A stretch of DNA of 64,000 bases from a virus: IMG/VR virus record IMGVR_UViG_3300037225_000856, positions 32,001 to 96,000 of that record; one strand, written 5' to 3'. Below, one piece after another: positions 38,808 through 49,865 of this stretch. The notes under the pieces are model-generated. The model was given only the letters and a program-made list of their open reading frames with translations. It did not search any database and was not told the origin of the DNA. The position numbers and the translations under genes are program-made. The stretch's first letter is position 1. Every line of letters begins with the position of its first letter.

Positions 38808-40511
38808 ATGAAAAGTGATTTTTCAAAATTTCTTAATGGTGGCTATAAAGGAATATCTCAAATAAGAAATAAATTTCCTAATGAATATAATAACATTATA
38901 AAATTCAATCAAAATTTTGGAGATATTCATTGGGGGCAAAAACTATATAATTATGTTAATAATTTAATTTTATTGCCCACATGTAAATGTGGAAATAGTG
39001 TTAAATTTTATAAATTTAACAAGGGATATGCCATATATTGTTCGAGTAAATGCAGATATGAAGATACTGAATTAAAATTAAAAATAAAACAATCGTTTTT
39101 AGCAAAATATGGCGTTGAAAATCCTTTACAATCTCCAGAAGTGCAAAAAAAACGAAAAGCATTGTTTTTTGAAAAACACGGAGTTGAACATCAATCACAA
39201 TTAGCAGAGGTAAAAGAAAAAAGGAAACAAACAAATCTTGAAAGATTTGGCACGACAACAAATTTATTGTGCGAAGATACTAAAAAGAAAATAAAGATTA
39301 CAAATTTAAAGAAATTTGGTGTTGAACATAATTCACAATGTGAAGAAATTAAAGAAAAAAAGAAACAAACAAGTTTAAAAAATTGTGGTTTTGAATATAA
39401 TTTTCAATCATCTGAATTTAGAAAACTTTCTAAAGTGTCAAACAATGAAAAATATTTAAAAAAAATATCGGAATTATTAAAATGTAATGTAAATGATATA
39501 AGCGTCAATGACAATATAATTACAGTTAAAAAATATTGTGAAAAACACGATTCATTTGAAATTACAAAACAAAATTTATATAGTCGATTTATCACATATA
39601 AACAAATAAATTTTTGTACTAAATGTTATCCCATAAATGATAATATTTCAATAAAAGAAAAAGAATTAAAAAATTTTATTGACGAATTAATAATTAATAA
39701 CATAAAAAATTCTAAAAAAATAATTAATCCACAAGAAATCGACATCTATATACCTGAATATAAATTAGGTATTGAACTTGATGGTTTATATTGGCATAAC
39801 GATATTGCAAAAGATAAAAATTATCATTTAAATAAAACTGAAGAATGTGAAAAACAGGGAATTCAACTATTACATATTTTTGAAGATGAATGGATTTATA
39901 AAAAAGAAATTGTAAAAAGTATTATTAAGTCTAAGTTAAATCTAATTGAAAATAAAATATTTGGAAGAAAATGCATCATTAAAGAAATTGATAACATATT
40001 AAGTTCTGATTTTTTAAAAACTAATCATATACAAGGATTTGTTGGAAGTAAAATTAAACTGGGTTTATTTTATAATAACGAACTAGTTTCAATAATGACT
40101 TTCGGTAAAAAAAGAATTAGTATGGGCAATAAACAACCAACAGATGAAGAATATGAAATGTTAAGATTTTGTAATAAGCTCAATACAAGCGTTATTGGTG
40201 GAGCAAGTAAATTATTGAGTTATTTTATAAAGAACTATCAACCAAAATTTATTTTAACTTTCGCAGATCGTAGATATTCAAATGGTAACCTGTATGAAAA
40301 ATTAGGATTTAAGTTTATTGGTAACAGCAGACCTAATTATTGGTATTTTAAACAAAATGAATTAATCAGATATCATCGCTTTAACTTTAGAAAAGATAAA
40401 TTAGTTAAAGAAGGTTATGATTTAAATAAAACTGAACATCAAATTATGGCAGAAAGAGAGTATTTATCTATACATGATTGTGGTAACATGAAATTTGAAA
40501 TGAAATTTTAG
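38808..40511 (+). mobile_element. Hef-like homing endonuclease: KYG repeats + Vsr-like nuclease + GNAT(Mom)-like C-terminal domain
   Basis: EIDIYIP..GIELDGLYWH..HIFEDEW; EMLRFC..GGASKLL..FADRRYSNGNLY..LGF; own TATCTTTG at 38793. Confidence 0.7.
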
Positions 40512-40533
40512 ATTAAAGAAAATAAAAGAAGTA

Positions 40534-41304
40534 ATGGCAAACCAAGAATTATATGATAAGACGTATTCTGTGCCCCCAGATGTGTTAAATAGTATTCAAG
40601 CAGCACTTATATCCAATCCGAACAATAGTGGTACAAAACGAGCTAAATTCATAATTAGAAATGGCGCATTAACTTATCAAGCAATGAAAAGATTGAAGAA
40701 TTTTTTTGATTATTTTAATTCGCAGACTGGAGATAAAATGCAATATGTTCTTGCTGGCGGAAATGCAATGAAACAATTTATTGAAAGAACTTTAGCAAGC
40801 GACAGGGTAGGTGTTGAACAATCGAAAAAAGTAAAACAAATGTATAATGTTGACCCGATGTTAGGAACAAAGCCAGCACAGACACCACAATTAAATGAAG
40901 ATAAAAAAGAATTGAAAAAGAATGCAGTTGCTGTTATTGTTGACAATGATAATAAAATATTGTTACTTAAAAGAGGGAATAAAGTACTTTGGATGCCTTC
41001 AAAATGGGGATTGGTTGGTGGTGGGATTGAGAAAAATGAAACACCTAAACAAGCAATTGAAAGAGAAATAACAGAAGAAACAGGATTGGAAATAAAAAAA
41101 TTTATTAAATCATTTAGTATTCAAAGAAATCCAGATAGTATTGAACATATATTTGTTTGTCGATATGATGGTGACCCAACCGATATAAAACTAAATGAAG
41201 AAAATACAAATTATGGTTGGTATGATGTTGATGAAATGAATTTCTTGGATATTGTGCCAAACCTGATTGAATATATAAATTTAGTTTTCACAAAATATGA
41301 TTAA
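40534..41304 (+). CDS. unknown N-terminal domain + Nudix hydrolase
   Basis: Nudix box GGGIEKNETPKQAIEREITEETG, preceded by an LNE linker at 40891. Confidence 0.85.
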   Translation: MANQELYDKTYSVPPDVLNSIQAALISNPNNSGTKRAKFIIRNGALTYQAMKRLKNFFDYFNSQTGDKMQYVLAGGNAMKQFIERTLASDRVGVEQSKKVKQMYNVDPMLGTKPAQTPQLNEDKKELKKNAVAVIVDNDNKILLLKRGNKVLWMPSKWGLVGGGIEKNETPKQAIEREITEETGLEIKKFIKSFSIQRNPDSIEHIFVCRYDGDPTDIKLNEENTNYGWYDVDEMNFLDIVPNLIEYINLVFTKYD

Positions 41305-41347
41305 ATTGTATTTATAGTAAATAATTGAATAAATAAAAAATAAAAAA

Positions 41348-41587
41348 ATGAGCAAATTAGAAGGAGTTAGTTTACAATTTGAAACTTGTAGCATTGCAAA
41401 AAATCGTTACACATGTAATGATCAATATAATACTGGCAACCCAGATGCATTATCTGATGGTGACGTACAAGGCAAAGGTGAATTGAACGGTAGTATTGGT
41501 AGTTGTGATGATATTAAGGACAGAACTTGTGAACTTACAAAAAATATATATCAGCAGGGTACTCAATATACTGCAACTACAGCATAA
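41348..41587 (+). CDS. small hypothetical protein
   Basis: 79 aa, GTATTTATA at 41308, coupled to the next gene. Confidence 0.55.
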   Translation: MSKLEGVSLQFETCSIAKNRYTCNDQYNTGNPDALSDGDVQGKGELNGSIGSCDDIKDRTCELTKNIYQQGTQYTATTA

Positions 41588-42489
41588 TGATTAATGAGTT
41601 AGAAATACTATTTAATAACGTCAAGCATTTCCGTCAATTATTAACAGAAGGCGTTAGTGATAAGGTTATTGTCGATGCCATTAATCAACATAAATTTCTT
41701 TATATTTATTATAAAGGGGAAAATACGATTGAAACTGGCTATCGAACAATAAGACCTTTTGTATTAGGCGTAAACACAAGCGGTAATTTAGCACTTAGAG
41801 CATGGCAGGACAAAGGTAGAAGTGATAGCCTTAGATCAGATTCTCCAAGAAATAGATTACATCATGAACATGAAGTAGATACGGATGGATTGACAAAACC
41901 GGGTTGGCGATTGTTTCTTGTTAACAATATAACTTCTGCAATACCAACAGGTAAAAGATTTATTGATGCTCAAGGAAATGTTGAAATACCAACAGGATAT
42001 AAAGAAAATGATAAAGATATGACAGGTGGTATAATTGCATCTGTTACATCTGGCGGTAAAATACCTGTGGGCGGTATACCAACAACAAGACAAAAATTGC
42101 CGAGATGGGACAAATATAAAAACGCAGATAAAAATAACCGACAAATTACAAAAGCAGATGTTCTTGGATTAAATGATATTGCCAAAAGAGTTATGAAAAA
42201 ACCCATCACGGATTTTTTTGTTGCAATTGATAATAAAAACAATTTTAATTTACAGGATGTAAGAACTAAACTTAATTTTCCACAAAATGCATATGTGGAT
42301 GATTTAAGTAATTTATATAATAGGCTTGTTATGAAAACACCTGTGAATAAAACAGCACAAGATCAGTTTGCAAAAAACCAAAAAGATAAAATGGTAAAAG
42401 GTCTTGCCGAAAAGCAAACTCCACAAAATCCGTCAATATTTAAAGAAAATGAAAATAATCCTATTGTTAAGAAGACTTTTTTCAAATAA
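41587..42489 (+). CDS. WYL-domain protein
   Basis: IYY.G..GYRTIRPFVLG..LRAWQ..GWRLF.V..I. Confidence 0.7.
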   Translation: MINELEILFNNVKHFRQLLTEGVSDKVIVDAINQHKFLYIYYKGENTIETGYRTIRPFVLGVNTSGNLALRAWQDKGRSDSLRSDSPRNRLHHEHEVDTDGLTKPGWRLFLVNNITSAIPTGKRFIDAQGNVEIPTGYKENDKDMTGGIIASVTSGGKIPVGGIPTTRQKLPRWDKYKNADKNNRQITKADVLGLNDIAKRVMKKPITDFFVAIDNKNNFNLQDVRTKLNFPQNAYVDDLSNLYNRLVMKTPVNKTAQDQFAKNQKDKMVKGLAEKQTPQNPSIFKENENNPIVKKTFFK

Positions 42490-42524
42490 TAGAGTATTTA
42501 TAAAAAAATATAAAATTTTATAAA

Positions 42525-43211
42525 ATGGCAAAACCAGATTTAAATAAACTTAGAACCGAGATAGATAATCGCAAAAGAGAAAGAAACATATCATCATCAC
42601 CATTAGGTGAAAGTACAGGTGCTAATATTGCACCAAGGGATGCTTTTTTATATGAATTGATTAGGTCACACGATACTGGCGTTGAAACACCTGCAACTGA
42701 TTTAATTAAATTAGTTGAAAATCAAGTCGCAATTAAAAATAAAGAAACGGTACGACACAATATTAATGAAACTGCTGTTGTTGACAGAGTACCAGCACGT
42801 CTTCCTGTTCAAAACAATAAGCCAGTTGAAATGTCACCTGAAAGAGACGAGCAATTATTCACTGATCTTCAAAATAAAAACAAACAAACATTAGCTGACT
42901 CAATTGCACCGTATATTGCTGGTGGTCAGAAAAAGAATCTTAATCCAACTGGTGGTGCAGTATCACCAATGAATTTAAATGAAGGTTATTTGGTTGAAAA
43001 CGTAAAAAAGATTGTTAATAACTACTTGATTGATATTGATAATTTCGGTCCCGTTGTCGAAGAAGCAATTAAGGGTACAATTATTGAAATGTATGCTGCT
43101 GAACGAATAAAAGAAGTGCTTACTGAGAACAAAGAAATGATTAGGGGACTTATAATTGATGTCATTAAAGAGATTTCAGACAGAAATAAAGCAAAAAAAG
43201 CGCAATTGTAA
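42525..43211 (+). CDS. hypothetical helical protein, possible head scaffold/internal protein
   Basis: many LGE/INE/LNE/LVE/LTE sites; GTATTTATA at 42494. Confidence 0.5.
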   Translation: MAKPDLNKLRTEIDNRKRERNISSSPLGESTGANIAPRDAFLYELIRSHDTGVETPATDLIKLVENQVAIKNKETVRHNINETAVVDRVPARLPVQNNKPVEMSPERDEQLFTDLQNKNKQTLADSIAPYIAGGQKKNLNPTGGAVSPMNLNEGYLVENVKKIVNNYLIDIDNFGPVVEEAIKGTIIEMYAAERIKEVLTENKEMIRGLIIDVIKEISDRNKAKKAQL

Positions 43212-43224
43212 TTGCGCTTTTTTT
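43193..43224. terminator. bidirectional-type intrinsic terminator overlapping the stop codon
   Basis: AAAAAAAGCGCAATT-GT-AATTGCGCTTTTTTT. Confidence 0.75.
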
Positions 43225-43280
43225 CGCAATTTTTTTACAGCTAAGTTTGTATTTATAAATATACTACAAATAGTTACAGC

Positions 43281-45920
43281 ATGACTTACGATAACTTCTT
43301 AAAATTATTGGATGAATTTGAAGAAATACAATCATTTGCAAAGAAAATTGAATTCGCTAATCGATATTTTCAAAGAATAGGTAGTGGGTCAGGTAGAATA
43401 GTTTATGATATTGACGGCACTAAAGTTTTTAAATTGGCAAAGAATGCCAAAGGCGTTGCTCAAAATGAAGCTGAAATAAATATTGGTTCATATCATGACA
43501 CTCATAGTATAGTTACAAAAGTTTTAGAAAGTGATAATAATGGTAGTTGGATTATTTCCGAAAAAGCAAAAAAGGTTAACGAAAACAGAATTAAACAATT
43601 AACTGGCATTCCAAGTCTAAATGATTTATTTTATTTTCTTAGAAATCATGAAGACAACATTAAAGGTGGCAAGGGTATATTTGGTCAGGATGCAGATATT
43701 AAAGAGTTATTAAATGATAATGAATTTGCTATTGAATTAGAAGACATAATGGCAAATTATTCTGTATCTGCTGGCGACTTAGGCAGACCAAGCACATACG
43801 GTGAAGTTCTTCGTGACGGTCAGCCAACAATTGTTTTAACTGATTATGGATTAACAGGTGAAGTGTATAATACTCATTACAGTCCAAATAGAAAGAAAAA
43901 TTATCGCCTTTTTGAATTGTATGATAATTATGATGGTAATGATGATATACTTGGAGATATGCCACCACAAGATGCAATTGATACACGTAGAGGCATGTGG
44001 GCGCAAATACCTTACAGCGTAGGCGATGGTAGCGGTGTGATAAATGAAGGTTTTATATCATTTATACTTGACAGAGATAAGTATCCGACAAGAGTGTTGC
44101 CGAGCGCACCATATATAGTCGATGAATTTCATAATTGTGTAAATAATATTGACGAAACTTTGAATCATGTTAAAAATAAAAAGAAATTTTATGAAAATTT
44201 ATTGAAACTTCAAGAATATCTTATTGAACAAAAATTTTATGACAGAGAACCTTTAGGTGAAATTGTATATTTAAAAGAAGACGGTAGTGCTTTATATTCT
44301 ACTGATAATGCAATGGGACAAGATAATTTTCCTGTACATAATAATATCGATACTTCACCTTCAATTAGAAATGATCTTGATGCAAATAGAGATAAAATTA
44401 ATGAAGAAAAATGGACAGGTAAAGCGTATAGAGTAGAATCTGGTTTTAGTAATTTACGTGATACAACTGCCGGGGATGTTGTAAGATTTGAAAGAGATGA
44501 ATTGGGAAATGTAGGTGATTTTGCGCACATTACTGATGAAAAATTAAAAGAATTAAATAATTATTCTGCTCATGATATTGCTTGGTATACAAAAAATTTT
44601 GAAGATGCTAAAAGATATTCAGAAACAGACGATTTTTCAGATATTGAAGAATATGAATTATCTGGCGAAATTATTGCTACCGATGGTGATGGTGGATATT
44701 TAGTTTTAAATAATCAATTGAAAGAAGATTTAGAATATCATAATGTGGTGGGAGATGCCACAAAAGATCAATACATGTTGGATGAAAGACAATTATCTTC
44801 AATGGCTGGCAGCAGTACTGTTGAAATAAAAAAGAAATGTAGATTAGGTGGTTTAGGAAATACAAGTGCGCAGTGCAATTGGGGTGATATTAATGCTGTA
44901 GATATTAAACCGCTTAAAGAAGAGGTTAATGAAGAAGTTAATGCAAAAGAAATGCGCAGCGATATTGCTGCAATTAAATCAATTCTAAATGGAAAGAGAG
45001 GGGTTGCTTTTACTGAAATAAACAAATCCATTGCTCAAAAACTTGAAAAAAAGAAAATTGGTGTTATTCCTACAAGAATGACTTCAAATAACACAATGTT
45101 TGCAATTATATATACCGATAAGGTTAATGCATATTTACTTTATGAATTTGCAAAGAAAAATAATGGATATCTTTTAGATAAAACTTCAGAAGAAGCACGT
45201 GAGATTGGAAAATTATTGAATTATTCACCAAGCGATATAGAGCAACACATTCGTAATAAATATAATAAAAAACCACCATTAATGCCCGACAAGTCACCGG
45301 ATGATTTTAATGACTTGGCTGAAAATGCTTCACTGGACTTTTGGGATTTGAATGAAGAAAAATTTCCTGAATTCGAAAAAGATATTCAGCAAGACCTTAC
45401 AACACATCAATTGGATAAAAAATATATAAGAAGTTATCAGGACGGAGAACATACATACAATGTTTATGCTGTTAATGGTGATGAAGTTCGTGATAGTGGT
45501 TTTATTGAATGGGTAGATGGTGGTAACCATTGGGTTGATGCCGATTTACCGAAAATCGAACAAAAATATGCAAAACATATTGGAGAAAATGATTATTGGA
45601 TTGATGATGTGTTTATGGTTAAACCAGCAGACTTTGAAGCAATATTATTACATGAGAGAACAGAAAGTTTTATCATAAGACATTATGGTTATGAATATAA
45701 TGATGCTCATAATATTGCGAACAAAGTTGAAATGATGTTTAGAAAAAAAATACCTGATGGAGCAAATCGTGCTCTTGCTGAGAAAATTTATGATATATTT
45801 GTAGCTAATTTCAAACCAGAAAAGAGTAAACAGAAACATAAACCAGTAAATGAAATGTTAAATGAAGCACAAATAATTTTAATTAATATCAATGAAGCAA
45901 AATCAATGATGAAAATATGA
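43281..45920 (+). CDS. polyvalent protein: kinase-like + ART-like + unknown domain + zincin-like metallopeptidase
   Basis: IGSGSGRIVY..VFKLA..QNEAE..GDL..LTDYG (kinase fold); AYR..WYT..DAKRY; EIGKLLNY; LLHERTE..AH. Confidence 0.6.
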   Translation: MTYDNFLKLLDEFEEIQSFAKKIEFANRYFQRIGSGSGRIVYDIDGTKVFKLAKNAKGVAQNEAEINIGSYHDTHSIVTKVLESDNNGSWIISEKAKKVNENRIKQLTGIPSLNDLFYFLRNHEDNIKGGKGIFGQDADIKELLNDNEFAIELEDIMANYSVSAGDLGRPSTYGEVLRDGQPTIVLTDYGLTGEVYNTHYSPNRKKNYRLFELYDNYDGNDDILGDMPPQDAIDTRRGMWAQIPYSVGDGSGVINEGFISFILDRDKYPTRVLPSAPYIVDEFHNCVNNIDETLNHVKNKKKFYENLLKLQEYLIEQKFYDREPLGEIVYLKEDGSALYSTDNAMGQDNFPVHNNIDTSPSIRNDLDANRDKINEEKWTGKAYRVESGFSNLRDTTAGDVVRFERDELGNVGDFAHITDEKLKELNNYSAHDIAWYTKNFEDAKRYSETDDFSDIEEYELSGEIIATDGDGGYLVLNNQLKEDLEYHNVVGDATKDQYMLDERQLSSMAGSSTVEIKKKCRLGGLGNTSAQCNWGDINAVDIKPLKEEVNEEVNAKEMRSDIAAIKSILNGKRGVAFTEINKSIAQKLEKKKIGVIPTRMTSNNTMFAIIYTDKVNAYLLYEFAKKNNGYLLDKTSEEAREIGKLLNYSPSDIEQHIRNKYNKKPPLMPDKSPDDFNDLAENASLDFWDLNEEKFPEFEKDIQQDLTTHQLDKKYIRSYQDGEHTYNVYAVNGDEVRDSGFIEWVDGGNHWVDADLPKIEQKYAKHIGENDYWIDDVFMVKPADFEAILLHERTESFIIRHYGYEYNDAHNIANKVEMMFRKKIPDGANRALAEKIYDIFVANFKPEKSKQKHKPVNEMLNEAQIILININEAKSMMKI

Positions 45921-46771
45921 ATAAAAATACTTGGACTAATAATGAAATAATATTATTAAAAAATAATTTTGCAATAAAAACAAATGAGGAATTAATTAGT
46001 TTATTTTCAAATAGAACAATTATGTCAATTAAAGTTAAAGCAAAACGACTTAAATTAAGAAAAAATAAAGAAACTGAATTTAGAAATAGAAGTATTGCTC
46101 ATCTGGGAGAAAAAAATTCAATGTGGGGTAAAATATCTAAAATACATGGAAAAAATTATGATGATTATTATGGTAGTGAAAAATCAAAAGAAATAAAAAC
46201 TAAATTATCAAAAGATAAGATTGAAAAACATAAAAATGGTGTATTAAATACTTCTGGTATTAATAATGGTATGTTTGGTAAAATATCACCAAATAGAGGA
46301 ATAACAATGGTAATTGAACAAAGAAAAAAAATATCTGATGCAAAAAAAGTATATTGGAATAATTTATCGGATAAAAGAAAAAATGAATTAAATTTAATTA
46401 GAATTAATAATATTTATAAAAACAAAATAATTGATACTAAACCTGAAATTATTATTGAAAATTATCTTAAAGAAATTAATGTTTATTATAGAAAAAAAGA
46501 AATTGTCGGATATTATAATTGTGATTTTATGATTAATGATAAATTAATTATTGAAGTGCAAGGAGATTATTGGCATGCAAATCCAATTAAATATTTAAAT
46601 AAAAAATTAACATTAGCACAACAAAATAACATACATAGAGATAAAAGAAAGTTTACTTATTTAAGTAATCGTAATTATAAAATATTATATTTGTGGGAAA
46701 ATGATATATATCGAAATTTGAACATTTGTAAAAATCAAATAAATAATTTAATATATGGGAAAACTGAATGA
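45917..46771 (+). mobile_element. homing-endonuclease-like protein: NUMOD3-type repeats + Vsr/DUF559 nuclease
   Basis: GEKNSMWGK, NGMFGK, TKPE, YNCDF..IEVQGDYWH..D..LWE. Confidence 0.75.
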
Positions 46772-49700
46772 TTTTATATTAATATTAAAGCAAAAACCTT
46801 TTATTAAATCACTAATAAATGATTTAAAATCAGATGTTTATGTAGTTGGTGGAGTTGTGCGTGATCTTATACTTAATAAACCCAATAAAGATATTGATTT
46901 GGTGGTTGGAAAAGTACCAATAGACAAATTAGTTGCACATTTACAAAAATTTGGTAAGGTAGATGTTGTGGGTAAATCATTTGGAGTCATTAAATTCATT
47001 GATAATGAGGGTATTGATTATGATATTGCTTTACCGAGACGAGAAACTAAAAACAGTGAGGGTGGATATCGTGGATTTGATGTACAAAGTGATGAAAATC
47101 TTCCAATTGAAGACGAATTAATTAGAAGGGACGCTAAGATGAATGCTATGGCTATTAATATTAATACAAATAAATTTATTGACCCATTGGGAGGATTAGA
47201 AGATATAAAAAATAAACAAATATCTGCAGCAAATCCAGAGGCGTTTTCAGATGACCCATTAAGAGCTATAAGATTCTGTTCATTTGCTTCACGTTTTGGA
47301 TTTACTATTGACCCAGACACAATGAAAATGATTCAAAAAAATGCTGGGAGAGTAAAAGAAATAGCACCAGAGAGAATTTTGACAGAATTTGATAAAATTG
47401 TCAAAAAGGGAAACAAACTATTGGCTGCAACACTACTTGATGAAACTGGTTTGCTTAAAGAAATATTTGGTAGAGGACTATATTATGATTTCAGAAATAC
47501 AAAAGAACCCTTTGATAAAGTAAAAACAATGAGTGAATTTATTTATTTGTTAAGTAAAAATCTTGTTAATGACCCTGCAGAGTTTTACAAAAATAATCTT
47601 AAAGGTGATGAAAATACATACAGAGAAATAAAAGCACTTCAAATAGCATATGATAGCGGTGAAGCAACCAATTTAATTGAAGCAAGATCAATTGCACATA
47701 ATATGTACGTGATATCTCCAATATCATTACAAAGTCAGATATTGCCAAATGTAATTAAAACTGCTGCACAAGAATTATTTGAAGGCAAGTATCCCAAAAC
47801 TGTTAATGAATTGGCAGTAAATGGTAATGATTTAATGGAACTTGGTTTACAAGGTAAAGTAATTGGTGATATGCAAAAATCATTATTATTAAAGATTTAT
47901 TCAAATAAAATTAGGAATAATAAAGAAGAATTGCTAAATTTGGCGGGTCAAAATAAACCAATGATTAAAGAAGAAGTTAGCGAAAGAATTGAATATGGAG
48001 CATTGTTATTATTTCTCGATATTCCAATTTGGAATAAAATTACATCAATAATCAATAAAGAAGATTTATATGATGAAGAAGGTTATGGTATTGAATCTGA
48101 CCCACATGTTACAATATTATATGGTTTCCATGATGAAGTTACTGCTGAAGAAGTGTTTGATTTATATAAATTAAATATACCATTAAAACCAATTGAAATA
48201 CGTATTAAAGGTATTAATATTTTTGAAACTTTTAAATTTGACGTAGTAAAATTTGATGTCGAATCCGATATACTTAAAAAAGCACATGAGATAATGAAAG
48301 ATTTGCCAAATACTGAAGATTTCCCTGATTATCATCCGCATATAACAATTGCATGTGTAAAAAAAGGTGAGGGCAAAAAATATACTAAACCATTTGAAAA
48401 AGAAATAATATTAAAAGGTAATAAATTAATATATTCTACTAAAGGTCAAAGAGGTGATGCTGGCGAAAAACTAATGCTTGAAGGTGTTGCTGATAGATAT
48501 GCGGAGAAAACATTCAACATACCCGACCCAAATACTCAGAATGATGTACAGGCAATGGGAGATATACAAAAAAGTGTTGAAGAACCTATTGGTTATGTTA
48601 CACCTTACTCCTCAAATGATTCAGCTAAAGAAGTACCAATATATTTAAATCCAAAGTCATTAACTAATTTTGCTGATAATGTCAGGGTAATTGTAAATGA
48701 TAAAGGAGATTTATATATTGCACAGGAAGATGGCAGATTTAATCATGGCATGATGGCAAAGGCATTAGGTTTATTTGCTTCTGATAATGGAATATATAAT
48801 GATATGGATGAATATCAATTATTGCATAGAGTAGACAACACTAATGCATTTGGGTTAGGCGATACTGCTGAAGATTATATTGAAAGAAAATATGAAAATA
48901 GAGTATATTTATTAAACATATTACGTCAGGCAAAAAGAAAAAATCCACAATATGATTTTTATAATGAATATTATGCGAATATAAAAGGTGAACCAGTAAG
49001 TCTTAATGAATTTGCTTATCCTGAAATAAGACCAGAAGAAAAAAATACTTGGAATATAAATGGAGAAAATGTTGATATTAAGTTTTTTGTTGAAAAATAT
49101 GACATATGGAATCAGGGTGGATATGCAGACCCTTCAGAAGCATCTGTGTTAGAATTTCTTCAAAATAATTATGAAGATTTCATTCATGACGAGAAACTTA
49201 AAAAAGAATTACTTGTGGCTTTAACTGATAGAAATGTATTAGATGAAACGGTTTTAAATGAAATGTCAATTCAGACAATAGATTATACCGATATTATTAC
49301 TCCAGAATATATTAAAGAAGTAGAAATGAGTGATAATTATGAAAGATATATTGAATATTATCAGTATGAAGAAAATATGGTTCATGTTGACAAAGAAGAA
49401 ATTGAAAAAACTGAAAATTTTAAAAAATGGTTCAGATATGAATTAAGTGTCAGATATGAGGATGTTGTTGATAATATAACAAATAAAATAAAACCTGATG
49501 GTACTATTGATATTTGGAGAAGAATAAAAGTTGATGATATTTGGGTTAATCATCTTTTACAAGCGGGAAAACATTTGGGTATTTATTGGTCATGGGATGA
49601 ACGTGCTGCAGAAGCACATTGGGGTGATACAGCAAAAAACAGTAATGCATTAATAAAATCTTCAATAAATGAAAAATATATTGATTGGAAAAATACAATA

Positions 49701-49865
49701 TATGCAAACATGGATTTAAGTCTTGGTGAAGATGAAAAAGAAATAAGATTGTTTAAAAATACATCATTAAAAATTGAAGAATTAAATATTGATGGTCAAA
49801 ATGTTGAAGATATTATGGGAAGCGATTATGAATTACAATTAAGAAATAAAACATTTTATGCGTAA
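46755..49865 (+). CDS. cca: polyvalent protein: CCA-adding/poly(A) polymerase + Acb1-like 2H phosphoesterase + two unknown domains + R-S-E ADP-ribosyltransferase-like domain
   Basis: VGGVVRD, DIDL, RRD..NAMA, DP.GG..D, F.DDPLR..RF, ERI..E; PHVTILYG and YHPHITIA; IWR..GIYWS..EKEI. Confidence 0.8.
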   Translation: MGKLNDFILILKQKPFIKSLINDLKSDVYVVGGVVRDLILNKPNKDIDLVVGKVPIDKLVAHLQKFGKVDVVGKSFGVIKFIDNEGIDYDIALPRRETKNSEGGYRGFDVQSDENLPIEDELIRRDAKMNAMAININTNKFIDPLGGLEDIKNKQISAANPEAFSDDPLRAIRFCSFASRFGFTIDPDTMKMIQKNAGRVKEIAPERILTEFDKIVKKGNKLLAATLLDETGLLKEIFGRGLYYDFRNTKEPFDKVKTMSEFIYLLSKNLVNDPAEFYKNNLKGDENTYREIKALQIAYDSGEATNLIEARSIAHNMYVISPISLQSQILPNVIKTAAQELFEGKYPKTVNELAVNGNDLMELGLQGKVIGDMQKSLLLKIYSNKIRNNKEELLNLAGQNKPMIKEEVSERIEYGALLLFLDIPIWNKITSIINKEDLYDEEGYGIESDPHVTILYGFHDEVTAEEVFDLYKLNIPLKPIEIRIKGINIFETFKFDVVKFDVESDILKKAHEIMKDLPNTEDFPDYHPHITIACVKKGEGKKYTKPFEKEIILKGNKLIYSTKGQRGDAGEKLMLEGVADRYAEKTFNIPDPNTQNDVQAMGDIQKSVEEPIGYVTPYSSNDSAKEVPIYLNPKSLTNFADNVRVIVNDKGDLYIAQEDGRFNHGMMAKALGLFASDNGIYNDMDEYQLLHRVDNTNAFGLGDTAEDYIERKYENRVYLLNILRQAKRKNPQYDFYNEYYANIKGEPVSLNEFAYPEIRPEEKNTWNINGENVDIKFFVEKYDIWNQGGYADPSEASVLEFLQNNYEDFIHDEKLKKELLVALTDRNVLDETVLNEMSIQTIDYTDIITPEYIKEVEMSDNYERYIEYYQYEENMVHVDKEEIEKTENFKKWFRYELSVRYEDVVDNITNKIKPDGTIDIWRRIKVDDIWVNHLLQAGKHLGIYWSWDERAAEAHWGDTAKNSNALIKSSINEKYIDWKNTIYANMDLSLGEDEKEIRLFKNTSLKIEELNIDGQNVEDIMGSDYELQLRNKTFYA

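Noticed and set aside
49579-49587. GTATTTATT inside the CCA polyprotein gene as an internal promoter
   Set aside because: Encodes the conserved GIYW motif; a chance match is likely in AT-rich DNA
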